This document shows positions 43,434 through 55,895 of a stretch of DNA of 62,465 nucleotides, piece after piece. The position numbers were made by a program, and so were the translations under genes. Within the stretch, counting starts at the first letter, position 1. The number at the start of each line of letters is the position of its first letter. The DNA lies in NCBI GenBank assembly GCA_913055885.1, contig CAJXLG010000001.1:1-62465 (forward strand). The letters run 5' to 3'. Source of the stretch: an uncultured Rhodospirillales bacterium (GTDB taxonomy: Bacteria > Pseudomonadota > Alphaproteobacteria > Rhodospirillales > CAJXLG01). The notes under the pieces are model-generated. The model saw only the letters and a program-made list of their open reading frames with translations. It did not search any database and had not been told where the DNA came from.

Positions 43434-44048
43434 ATGGCGGAGCATCTGCTTTTCGACAGCCTGGCGTGTGCGAAGCGGTTGCGGGAGGCCGGCTTTACCG
43501 ACCAGCAGGCCGAGGCCCTCGCCGAGGAGCAGCAGCATCTGCTGGAAGGCCGGATCGCCACCCGGGCGGACGTCGAATCCCTGCATCAGGACATCGAGGC
43601 CCTGCGCACCCAGATGCGCGAGGGGGACGCGGCCCTGCGCGAGGAGATCGATTCCCTGCGCACCGAGGTGCGCGAGGGGGACGCGGCGCTGCGCGAGGAG
43701 ATCGATTCCCTGCGCACCGAGGTGCGCGGGGGGGACGCGGCCCTGCGCGAAGAGGTGAAGGCGGGCGACGCAGCGCTGCGCGAGGAGGTCGATTCCTTGC
43801 GCACCGAGATGCGCGAGGGGGACGCGGCGCTGCGCGAGGAGGTGAAGGCGGGCGACGCAGCGCTGCGCGAGGAGATGAAAGCCGGTGACGCGGCCCTGCA
43901 CGACCGGATCACGGAACTGGAACGGACGCTCCAGGCGGACATGGATACCAAGCTGGCCGCCCTGGAGGCCCGGCTCATGGCGCGTGGCGGCGCGGCCCTG
44001 GTGGCCGCCCTCGGCGTGCTCTTTGCGGCCTTGCGCCTCACGGGCTGA
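43434..44048 (+). CDS. DUF1640-like coiled-coil protein with a C-terminal TM anchor and internal tandem repeats
   Basis: The N-terminus FDSLACAKRLREAGFTDQQAEALAE resembles DUF1640. The core has seven GDAALREE units, and the C-terminal TM is GGAALVAALGVLFAALRL. Confidence 0.7.
   Translation: MAEHLLFDSLACAKRLREAGFTDQQAEALAEEQQHLLEGRIATRADVESLHQDIEALRTQMREGDAALREEIDSLRTEVREGDAALREEIDSLRTEVRGGDAALREEVKAGDAALREEVDSLRTEMREGDAALREEVKAGDAALREEMKAGDAALHDRITELERTLQADMDTKLAALEARLMARGGAALVAALGVLFAALRLTG
43596..43901 (+). repeat. In-frame tandem repeats of 33-bp (11-aa) and 54-bp (18-aa) units inside the DUF1640-like gene
   Basis: GACGC(G/A)GC(C/G)CTGCGCGAGGAG recurs seven times. The units are (R/K)(E/A/G)GDAALREE(I/V/M), with or without the 7-aa insert DSLRTE(V/M). 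Confidence 0.85.
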
Positions 44049-44062
44049 CCCGCGCGTCCCGC

Positions 44063-46087
44063 CTACTCCCCCAGGGACCGGATGAGGCGTTCCACCAGGC
44101 CGTCCCCGCCGTCGCCTTCGTCGGCCGGCGCGGCCGCGTCCGCCTGTTGTGTGGCGCGCACGCCCGGAATGGGTCTGGGCGGCAGGCCCTTGTGGGCCGC
44201 CGTCATGATGCGCTTCCACAGCTTCGCCGGGAGCCCGCCGCCCACCACGCCGTCCGTGGGATGGCCGTCGTCGTTGCCCAGCCACACGCCGGCCACATAG
44301 TGGCCCGTGAAGCCGACGAACCAGGCATCCCGCGACTCCTGGCTGGTGCCCGTCTTGCCGGCGGCGGCCCGGCCCGGCAGGGCGGCGTTGTGCCCCGTGC
44401 CCCGCTGCACCACGGCGTGCAGCATGCGGTTCATGCGCCGCGCCCGGCCCTTTTCGATCACGCGGCCCGGTCCGCTTCCGGAACGGTCGTACAGGACCTT
44501 GCCGCCGGGGGTCTGGATGCGCGTGATGCCGTGGGCCCAGGCGCCCCGGCCGCCGGAGGCGAAGGCGGCGTAGGCGGTCGTGAGGTCCAACAGGGTCACC
44601 TCCGACGTGCCCAGGGCCAGACTGGGGTGCACGTCGAGGTGGGTGTCGATACCCAGGCGGCGCGCCGTGTCCGCCACGGTCTCCCAGCCGGCGCGGCGGC
44701 CGACGCGCACGGCCACGGTGTTGCGCGAATGGACCAGGCCGTTGCGCAGGGTCACCGGCCCGGCGTACTCGCCGGAGAAGTTCTGTGGCGACCAGCCGTC
44801 GATGGTGATGGGGGCGTCGCGCACGGTGCTGCCCGGCTTCAGGCCCGCTTCCAGCCCGGCCAGGTAGACGAAGGGCTTGAAGGCGGAGCCCGGCTGTCGC
44901 CGCGCCTGGGTGGCGCGGTTGTAGGGGCTGCGGGCGTAGGAACGGCCGCCCACCAGGGCGCGCACGGCGCCGTCGGGTTCCATGACCACCACGGCGCCCT
45001 GGCCCACATCACGCTTGTCGCCCTGGCGGCGCAGCAGGCCTTTGAGCTGGCGGCGCGCCACGCCTTGCAGCCCCGTATCCAGGGTGGTGGCCACCACCAG
45101 GTCGCGCGCCCGCCGGCCCACGTAGGAATCCACGTGCTCCAGCACCCAGTCGGCGAAATAGCGGCCGGAATCGCTGTCCTTCACGGCCACGGCCCGCCCG
45201 GCCAGGGCGCGGCGCTTTTGTTTTTCGGTGATGGCGCCCACGGCCACCATGTTTTCGAGCACGACGGCGGCGCGCTCCCTGGCCAGCTTGCGGCTGTTGA
45301 TGGGGTTGTAGCGCGACGGTGCCTTGGGCAGGCCGGCCAGGATGGCGGCCTGACGCAGGGTGACCTTGCGCGCCGACTTGCCGAAATATTTCTGCGCCGC
45401 CGCCTCCACGCCGTAGGTGCCGGCGCCCATGTAGATGCGGTTCAGGTAGAGCTGAAGGATCTTGTCCTTGGAATACTTGGCCTCCAGCCAGAAGGCGAGG
45501 AGAAGCTCCTGCACCTTGCGTTTCAGGGTCTGTTTCGGTGACAGGAAGAGGTTCTTGGCGAGCTGCTGGGTGATGGTGCTGCCGCCCTGGACGATGCGGC
45601 CCGCCTCGATATTGGCGACGAGGGCGCGCGCCAGGCCGATGGGGTCCACGCCGAAGTGGCTGTAGAAGCGCCGGTCCTCCGTCGCCAGGAGCGCCCTGGG
45701 CAGGTAGTCGGGCAGGGCATCCAGCGACACCCGTTCGCCGTAGAGGTCGCCGTACTCGGCGATGGAGTCGCCGCCGGCGGCCTTCAGCACCACGGAGGGC
45801 GCGCGCGTTGCCGTGGTGGCCGTGTCGATGCGGGGCAGGTCAAGGGCGTAATAGCCGGTAAGCAGGACGAGGGCGACGACCCCCCAGACCCCGAGGGTCA
45901 GGGCCCACTTGAACACGCCCGCGACGATGCGGCGGGGACGGGAACGCCCGCCGCCGGCCGGGGCGCCCTTTCCGGCGGCGGCCCGCCGGCCGCCCCGGTT
46001 GCCGCGGCGCCCGCCACTGCCGCCGCCGCGGCCTTTCTGATGGGTACGGCCCTGATGGGCACGGCGCTTGCGGCCGCTCATGGTCAT
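44063..46087 (-). CDS. Class A penicillin-binding protein (bifunctional glycosyltransferase/transpeptidase, PBP1A family)
   Basis: The GT51 motifs are ATEDRRFYSH, GGSTITQQLAKN and RKV.E. The transpeptidase motifs are SAFKPF, SRN and KTGTS. The N-terminus has a basic tail and a TM. Confidence 0.9.
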   Translation of the reverse strand: MTMSGRKRRAHQGRTHQKGRGGGSGGRRGNRGGRRAAAGKGAPAGGGRSRPRRIVAGVFKWALTLGVWGVVALVLLTGYYALDLPRIDTATTATRAPSVVLKAAGGDSIAEYGDLYGERVSLDALPDYLPRALLATEDRRFYSHFGVDPIGLARALVANIEAGRIVQGGSTITQQLAKNLFLSPKQTLKRKVQELLLAFWLEAKYSKDKILQLYLNRIYMGAGTYGVEAAAQKYFGKSARKVTLRQAAILAGLPKAPSRYNPINSRKLARERAAVVLENMVAVGAITEKQKRRALAGRAVAVKDSDSGRYFADWVLEHVDSYVGRRARDLVVATTLDTGLQGVARRQLKGLLRRQGDKRDVGQGAVVVMEPDGAVRALVGGRSYARSPYNRATQARRQPGSAFKPFVYLAGLEAGLKPGSTVRDAPITIDGWSPQNFSGEYAGPVTLRNGLVHSRNTVAVRVGRRAGWETVADTARRLGIDTHLDVHPSLALGTSEVTLLDLTTAYAAFASGGRGAWAHGITRIQTPGGKVLYDRSGSGPGRVIEKGRARRMNRMLHAVVQRGTGHNAALPGRAAAGKTGTSQESRDAWFVGFTGHYVAGVWLGNDDGHPTDGVVGGGLPAKLWKRIMTAAHKGLPPRPIPGVRATQQADAAAPADEGDGGDGLVERLIRSLGE

Positions 46088-46146
46088 GCCCCGTGGTTTT
46101 GGGCTATACAGGGCGGGAGACCCATTCGCGCAAGGACCCGCCCGCC

Positions 46147-46422
46147 ATGACCAACGACGCCACGGAGTCCCTCACCCTGGACCTGCCGCGGACGCTGCGC
46201 GAGCGCCTGGAGCGCGTCGCCGAGCGTCTGGAGCGCACGCCCGGCGACTGCGTTCAGATGGCGCTCACGGAGTTCCTCGATACGTGGGAGGACCACCTGA
46301 ACGACGTGGACCGGCTGCGCGAGGGCGAGGAACGGCCGCGTTTGGAGGGCGGCGAGGTGCGCGCTCTCATGGACCCGCCCGACGGTCCGGACGCGGACGG
46401 CGGTGGCGGCGACGGCGGCTGA
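46147..46422 (+). CDS. Small ribbon-helix-helix-like protein (CopG/ParD/RelB-type fold suspected)
   Basis: LTLDLPRTLRERLERVAERLERTPGDCVQMALTEFL has the strand-helix-helix pattern of RHH proteins, followed by an acidic Gly/Asp tail. There is no partner ORF downstream. Confidence 0.45.
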   Translation: MTNDATESLTLDLPRTLRERLERVAERLERTPGDCVQMALTEFLDTWEDHLNDVDRLREGEERPRLEGGEVRALMDPPDGPDADGGGGDGG

Positions 46423-46524
46423 CCCGGAGCCTTTTCCGATCGCATTGGATCGGGAAAGACGACAAGAGCGCGACTGCGCGCCGCCCCGGTCAGGGGCGAA
46501 AGCCCGCGTGGCGACTGAACGCGC

Positions 46525-46551
46525 GTTCAAACGGGCTTCGCCCGTTTGAAC
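46525..46551. other. Perfect 12-bp hairpin just downstream of the gyrB stop
   Basis: GTTCAAACGGGC-ttc-GCCCGTTTGAAC. An A/T run lies only on the gyrB-proximal side, so terminator status is uncertain. Confidence 0.3.
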
Positions 46552-46561
46552 GAAAAATACT

Positions 46562-50194
<3,633 letters not shown>

Positions 50195-50198
<4 letters not shown>

Positions 50199-51313
50199 AC
50201 CCGCATCGGCATCAGGACATAGAGGGCGCCCATGTCGGCGGCGTCGCGCACGATGGTGGGCGCGCCGGCGTCGGCCAGGTCGAACCGGGCGTTGTCCCCG
50301 TCCACCTGTTGCAGGATTTCCAACAGGTATTTGGTGTTGAACCCGATTTCCAGCCCCTGGCCCTCGAACTCGGCTTCCAGGCTTTCGCTGGCGCTGCCCT
50401 GTTCCGGGCTGGACGCCGAAAGGGTGAGGCTGCCGGGCTCCATGGCCAGCTTGATGGCGCGCGACTTGTCGGACGAGATGGCCGACACCCGGTCCACGGC
50501 GCTGGCCAGCGCCTTGCGGTCCACCTTGAGGGCCTTGTCGTTGTTGTCGGGGATGACCCGCTGGTATTCGGGAAAGGTGCCGTCGATGAGCTTGGAGGTG
50601 AGCACGGCGTCCTGGAAGGCGAAGCGCACCTTGGTCTCCGACAGGTCCACGGTCACCGGCTCGTCCAGTTCGTCGATGAGCTTCCTGAGCTCGTTCACCG
50701 TCTTGCGCGGGATGATGACCCCTTCCAGCCCCTCGGCGCCCTCCGGGGCGGGCACCTCCACCTGCGCCAGCCGGTGGCCGTCGGTGGCCACGGCGCGCAG
50801 CACGGCGGTGGTGTCCGGCGTGGTGGTGTGCAGGAAGATGCCGTTAAGGTAGTAGCGCGTCTCCTCGGTGGAGATGGCGAAGCGGGTGCGGTCGATGAGG
50901 GTGCGCAGCTCGCCGCCCGCCAGCTCGAAGTGCACGGGCATCTCGCCGCCCGTCATCACCGGGAAATCCCCGGCCGGCAGGGTGGACAGGGTGAAGCGCG
51001 AGCGCCCCGCCGAGAGCACCAGCTCGCCCGCGTCGGGATCGGCGGCCAGCTCCACCTGGGCGCCGTCGGGCAGCTTGCGCACGATCTCGTAGAAGGTGTG
51101 GGCGGGCGCCGTGGTGCTGCCCTCCACGGCGACGTCGGCGGGCACCGTCTCGGCGATGTCCAGGTCCATGTCCGTGGCGTTCAGGCTCACGCCGCCGTCC
51201 TTGGTGGTGAGCTTGACGTTGCCCAGGATGGGAATGGTGGTGCGGCGCTCGACGACGCTCTGCACGTGGGCGAGGGATTTCAGCAGGGTGGCCCGCTCGA
51301 TGACAAACTTCAT
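50195..51313 (-). CDS. dnaN: DNA polymerase III beta sliding clamp
   Basis: The sequence [35 protein letters not shown]...TRYYLNGIF...MPMRV is DnaN. The start was chosen at 51313, inside a longer listed ORF. Confidence 0.95.
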
Positions 51314-51485
51314 GGTGCGTCCGGCTGATTGGCAATGATGCGGCTTTCCGGCGCCCGCCGCCGCCCCGTCACCGGGGACGGGCCGGGCCGGCCTCCCGAT
51401 TCGCGAAGCCGGCAAACGGGGACGGCATTATAACAAAGCGCGTAGAAATCCCAAGGATGAACCGCGCGCCCGCGCGCCCGCGGGA

Positions 51486-52889
51486 TCAGTTCTGCAGCAT
51501 GCGCCTGAGGAGCGTGACGTCCTCGGACAGGGCCGGGTCCGTCTCCAGGAGCTTTTCCACCTTGCGCACGGCGTGCATGACGGTGGTGTGGTCGCGGCCG
51601 CCGAACTTGCGCCCGATCTCCGGCAGGGAGCGCGGCGTCAGGTGCTTGGCCAGGTACATGGCCACCTGCCGCGGCCGCGCCACGGAACGCGCCCGCCGCG
51701 CCGAGGCCATGTCGGCCACGCGCACGTGGAAGTGCTCGGCCACCTTTTTCTGGATCTCGTCGATGGTCACGCGGCGGTCGTTGGCGCGCAGGATGTCCGA
51801 CAGCACCTCCTGGGTGGTCTCCAGGGTGATGTCGCGGCCGACGAGCTGGGCGTGGGCGGCCACGCGGTTGAGCGCCCCTTCCAGCTCGCGGACGTTGTTG
51901 GTGATGCGGTGGGCCAGGAACTCGATCACCGGGCGCGGCACGGTGACGCCGAGCTGTTCCGCCTTGGATTCCAGGATGCCCAGGCGCAGCTCATAGGTGG
52001 TGGCGTGGATGTCGGCCACCAGCCCGCAGCCCAGCCGCGACTTCAGGCGCTCCTCCATGCCCTCCAGGTCGTTGGGCGACTTGTCGGCGGAGATGACCAC
52101 CTGCCGCCCCTGGTCCACCAGGGCGTTGAAGGTGTGGAAGAACTCTTCCTGGGTGGATTCCTTGCCGCTGATGAACTGCACGTCGTCCACCATGAGCACG
52201 TCCACGGAGCGGAACTGTTCCTTGAAGGCCATGGTGTCGTGCTGCCGGAGCGCCCGCACGAAGCGGTACATGAACTTCTCGGCCGACAGATAGAGCACCT
52301 GCCGCGACGGATCGCGCTCGCGGATGTCCCAGGCGATGGCGTGCATCAGGTGGGTCTTGCCCAGGCCCACGCCGCCGTACAGGAAGACGGGATTGAAGGC
52401 GGCGTTGTGGCCCTCGGCCACGCGGCACGCCGCGGCATAGGCGAATTCGTTGGGCTTGCCCACGACAAAGCGGTCGAAGGTGAAGCGCGGGTCGAGCGCG
52501 GCCCCCAGGTCCAGGGCGTCGTCCCCGGCCGTTTCCGATTCGCCGTCGCGGTCGCCACCGGCCGCCGGCGCGCCGGTGTCGTTGTCCGCCGGCGCCGGGG
52601 CGATGCCGGCGCCCGGCGCGTCCGCGCGCACCTCCACCTGGACATCCCGGACCTCGGGATTCTCGCCCGTCCACAGGGCGCGCAGGCGATCGGCGTAGTG
52701 GCCCTCCACGCGATCCCGCAGGAAGGGCGTGGGGACGGCCAGACGCACCAGCCCGTCGGCCACGTCCGTGAGCACCACCGGCTTCAGCCAGTTGCGAAAC
52801 GCGGCGTCCCCCACTTCACTGTGCAGGCGGGCCCGGACACGTTGCCACTGGGCCGCCAGGTCGGTAGTCGCGCTTTCCGCTGCGGTCAT
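51486..52889 (-). CDS. dnaA: Chromosomal replication initiator protein DnaA
   Basis: The protein has W..V...L..E.G...F..WLKP, the AAA+ box GGVGLGKTHLMHAI, DDVQF, and a C-terminal DNA-binding domain with PRQVAMYLAK..T..SLPEIGR.FGGRDHTTVMHA. The ATG at 52889 is preceded by AAGGAAG. Confidence 0.95.
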   Translation of the reverse strand: MTAAESATTDLAAQWQRVRARLHSEVGDAAFRNWLKPVVLTDVADGLVRLAVPTPFLRDRVEGHYADRLRALWTGENPEVRDVQVEVRADAPGAGIAPAPADNDTGAPAAGGDRDGESETAGDDALDLGAALDPRFTFDRFVVGKPNEFAYAAACRVAEGHNAAFNPVFLYGGVGLGKTHLMHAIAWDIRERDPSRQVLYLSAEKFMYRFVRALRQHDTMAFKEQFRSVDVLMVDDVQFISGKESTQEEFFHTFNALVDQGRQVVISADKSPNDLEGMEERLKSRLGCGLVADIHATTYELRLGILESKAEQLGVTVPRPVIEFLAHRITNNVRELEGALNRVAAHAQLVGRDITLETTQEVLSDILRANDRRVTIDEIQKKVAEHFHVRVADMASARRARSVARPRQVAMYLAKHLTPRSLPEIGRKFGGRDHTTVMHAVRKVEKLLETDPALSEDVTLLRRMLQN

Positions 52890-53333
52890 GACTTCCTTTC
52901 CCATCAGCGGCGAACCCTCCCCCTGCCGGCAACTACCCGTACGCGCCGGCAAACCGGTTTTTACGACGATCCGTCGTTTCCGTCAGGTGATGATTGCCCC
53001 TGTCACCGGCCGCATCTGCCCCTGATCCGGCGCGTGACGGGCAAATGACAAAACGAAACTTACAAAACCAAAACAAATCGAAACAATTTTTTCAGGGCAC
53101 GGCTTGCAGTCCCGAGTGCGCCGGCGATTCGGTGTCGTGAGTGGCAACCCCCCTTTGTGCTGGCCTTTCCCTCTTTGGGACTTTTTCCGGCGCCTGCGGA
53201 TCGGACTGTAGCGCCTGCCCCGCGCCGTGACAACACGAAGGAGGCCTTTGCACCGGGCTTTTTTTCCTTGACCGGCGCGCCTTGCCGGCCCGTCCGTCAC
53301 TTTTCCGCCAAGACTTTGACATGCGGCGAAAAT

Positions 53334-53363
53334 GGGCCGCCCTCCCCGCGGGGAGGGCGGCCC
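53334..53363 (-). terminator. Rho-independent terminator of rpsT
   Basis: This is a perfect 30-nt palindrome GGGCCGCCCTCCCCGCGGGGAGGGCGGCCC. It lies 68 nt downstream of the rpsT stop and is followed on the minus strand by ATTTTCG. Confidence 0.6.
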
Positions 53364-53430
53364 GGAATCGGTGCGACTCTGCGGCTATCCGCCAAAAGTC
53401 GTAGACGGCACCCGGCGGGCGCCGGCGGCG

Positions 53431-53694
53431 TCAGCCGAGCGCCTTGATGCGCTGGGACAGGCGCGACAGCTTGCGCCGCGCCTTGTTGCGGTGAATCGCG
53501 CCCTTGTTGACGCCGCGCATGATCTCGGGCTGGGCGTCACGGAAGGCGGCCCGGGCGCCTTCCTGGTCGCCCTGGCGGATCGCCTTCTCCACCTTCTTGA
53601 CGAAGGTGCGGATGCGACTCTTGCGCCGCTGGTTGATCTGGCGGCGGCGCTCGTTCTGGCGAACGCGTTTCTTAGCGGAAGGTGTATGCGCCAT
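53431..53694 (-). CDS. rpsT: 30S ribosomal protein S20
   Basis: The sequence [36 protein letters not shown]...KNKA.R..SRL is S20. Confidence 0.9.
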   Translation of the reverse strand: MAHTPSAKKRVRQNERRRQINQRRKSRIRTFVKKVEKAIRQGDQEGARAAFRDAQPEIMRGVNKGAIHRNKARRKLSRLSQRIKALG

Positions 53695-53824
53695 ATGGGA
53701 CCCCTTGCCTCGACCTTTGTGCTCCGCGGGTTGTTGCGCGCGCAAACGCTGTCGCCGGGCGCCGCGCGGGCGTCCGGCATGCATGCCTTGAAAGCGACGT
53801 GTATAGTCCCCGCCCGGGCGATCG

Positions 53825-54226
53825 TCAAGAATCGCCGTGCCGCCCCGGCGTCCCGGCCCCGGGATCGGCGGGCGTCACGGTGAAGCGCACGGTGAGGGTG
53901 GCTTCCTTGTGCTGGAAGGCCAGCCTGAGCACCTCGCCCTCGCGGCGGTAGCGGGCCCGGCCCGTGCGGCGCCAGCCAAGCTGAGGCAGGGTGTCGCGGT
54001 AGAAACGCCGCACCGCCTTGCGCGCCACGGCGCCCTCGCGGCGCTCCTCGGCATAGGCCTCCACGATGCGGCCCTGGGGGGTGTCGAAGAGCAGCCCGGC
54101 CCCCGTCACTTCCCGCAGGCCGGGGGCCAGGGGCACGTCGTCCAGCGTCGAGAGGAACGCCCGGTCGCCGGCGGCGGCCCCCGTTGTCAGCAGCCCCAGC
54201 GCGAGCGTCAGGAAGATGCGGCGCAT
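53825..54226 (-). CDS. Small secreted/periplasmic hypothetical protein
   Basis: The signal peptide [20 protein letters not shown] precedes a 133-aa product. The start was chosen inside a longer listed ORF (53825-54706) whose upstream part overlaps mutM. Confidence 0.5.
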   Translation of the reverse strand: MRRIFLTLALGLLTTGAAAGDRAFLSTLDDVPLAPGLREVTGAGLLFDTPQGRIVEAYAEERREGAVARKAVRRFYRDTLPQLGWRRTGRARYRREGEVLRLAFQHKEATLTVRFTVTPADPGAGTPGRHGDS

Positions 54227-54239
54227 GAGTCCCCTTATA

Positions 54240-55076
54240 TCAACGCTGGCGGCGCGGACAATAGAAGGTGCTGCGCCCCGCCTGGCGAATCCGGCGCACG
54301 CCTTCGGAACAGCCGGGGCAGGCCGGGCACGGCGCGCCCGCCCGGCCGTAGACGGCGAAGGCGTGCTGGAACAGGCCCACCTCGCCGTCGGGCGTGGCGT
54401 GGTCGCGCAGGGAGCTGCCGCCGGCCGCCACGGCCTCCGTGAGCACGGCGTGCAGGGCCCCGGCCAGGCGCGTGGCGCGCCGGCCGGCGATGGTTCCGGC
54501 CCGCCGGCGGGGCGACAGGCCCGCCCGGTACAGGATCTCGCAGGCGTAGATGTTGCCCAGGCCGGCCACCACGCCCTGGTCCAGCAGCACGGGCTTGACG
54601 GGCCCGCGCCGGCCCGCCAGGCGGCGCGCCAGGGCGGGGCCGTCCACGCCGTCCCGGAGGGGGTCCGGGCCGAGTCCCTTGAGGGCGGCGTGCGCCGCCA
54701 GGGCATCCGGGGCGGCGAGGGCCATGTAGCCGAACCGGCGCGGGTCGCGGTAGGTGGCCACGGGGCCGTCGGCGGTGACCAGGGCGACGTGGTCGTGCGG
54801 CCCCGCGGGCGCCGGTTCGTCGGGGCCGGTGAGGACGAAGCGCCCCGCCATCCCCAGGTGCACCACCAGGACCGGGCCCGACGCCGGGCGCACCAGCAGC
54901 ACCTTGCCGCGGCGCTCCACGGCCGCCACGGTGGCGCCCGCCAGACGGTGGGCCAGGCCGTCGGGCAGGGGATGGCGCAGGGCGGGGCGGCGCACCAGGA
55001 TGCTTGTCAGGCGGCGGCCGCACAGGGCACGTTCCAGGCCGCGCCGGACGGTCTCCACCTCGGGCAGTTCGGGCAT
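54240..55076 (-). CDS. mutM: Formamidopyrimidine-DNA glycosylase MutM/Fpg
   Basis: The protein has the N-terminal MPELPEVETVRRGL, an H2TH region GLGNIYA.EIL..AGLSP, and a C-terminal zinc finger C.C......GRSTFYCP.CQ. The rest of the 1035-aa listed ORF is antisense noise. Confidence 0.9.
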   Translation of the reverse strand: MPELPEVETVRRGLERALCGRRLTSILVRRPALRHPLPDGLAHRLAGATVAAVERRGKVLLVRPASGPVLVVHLGMAGRFVLTGPDEPAPAGPHDHVALVTADGPVATYRDPRRFGYMALAAPDALAAHAALKGLGPDPLRDGVDGPALARRLAGRRGPVKPVLLDQGVVAGLGNIYACEILYRAGLSPRRRAGTIAGRRATRLAGALHAVLTEAVAAGGSSLRDHATPDGEVGLFQHAFAVYGRAGAPCPACPGCSEGVRRIRQAGRSTFYCPRRQR

Positions 55077-55142
55077 GACGGCGCTCCGAATCGATGCACG
55101 GCGACGGTAGCGTGACGGCCGCCTTACGGATAGGGTGTCCCC

Positions 55143-55889
55143 ATGACGGATGATGACCGCACCGCCCACTTCGGCGACCGCGTGGTGCCGGAAGCCGACA
55201 AATCCGGCCTGGTGCGCCAGGTGTTCGACAGCGTGGCGCAGCGCTACGACCTCATGAACGACCTCATGAGCGGCGGCGTCCACCGGCTTTGGAAGAACGC
55301 CCTCATGGACCACCTGGCGCCGCGGCCCGGCATGCATCTCCTGGACGTGGCGGGCGGCACGGGCGACATCGCCTTCCGCTACCGCGACCGCGGCGGCGGC
55401 CGGGTGACGGTGTGCGACGTCAACGAGGCCATGGTGGGCGTGGGCCGCGACCGCGCCCTGGACGCCGGGCGCGTCGAGGGCATCGCGTGGGCGTGCGGCG
55501 ACGCCGAGGCGCTCCCCGTCGCCAGTGGTTCCGTGGATGCCTACACCATCGCTTTCGGGCTGCGCAACGTCACCCGCATGGACGACGCCCTGCGGGAGGC
55601 GCGCCGGGTGCTGCGCCCCGGCGGGCGCTTCCTGTGCCTGGAATTCAGCCACGTGGTGCTGCCGCTCCTGGACCGGCTGTACGACCGCTACGCCGAGGCC
55701 GTCCTGCCGCGCCTGGGTCGGTGGGTGGCCGGCGACGCCGAGGCCTACCGCTACCTGGTGGAGAGCATCCGGCGCTTCCCCGAGCAGGAGACGCTGGCGC
55801 GCCACATGGCGCGGGCGGGGCTGGACCGCCCGACCTGGCGCAATCTCACGGGCGGCATTGCCGCCATCCACACCGCCTGGCGCCTGTAG
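55143..55889 (+). CDS. ubiE: Ubiquinone/menaquinone biosynthesis C-methyltransferase UbiE
   Basis: The protein has HFGDR.V....K...V..VFDSVA.RYDLMNDLMS.G.HRLWK, the SAM motif LDVAGGTGD, and FGLRNVT. Confidence 0.9.
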   Translation: MTDDDRTAHFGDRVVPEADKSGLVRQVFDSVAQRYDLMNDLMSGGVHRLWKNALMDHLAPRPGMHLLDVAGGTGDIAFRYRDRGGGRVTVCDVNEAMVGVGRDRALDAGRVEGIAWACGDAEALPVASGSVDAYTIAFGLRNVTRMDDALREARRVLRPGGRFLCLEFSHVVLPLLDRLYDRYAEAVLPRLGRWVAGDAEAYRYLVESIRRFPEQETLARHMARAGLDRPTWRNLTGGIAAIHTAWRL

Positions 55890-55895
55890 GTCCCC

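Noticed and set aside
51314-51485. An oriC-like or regulatory element in the dnaA-dnaN intergenic spacer.
   Set aside because: It is GC-rich with only short imperfect hairpins. It has no AT-rich unwinding element and no DnaA-box-like 9-mers that I could see. It probably holds just the dnaA terminator and the dnaN promoter.
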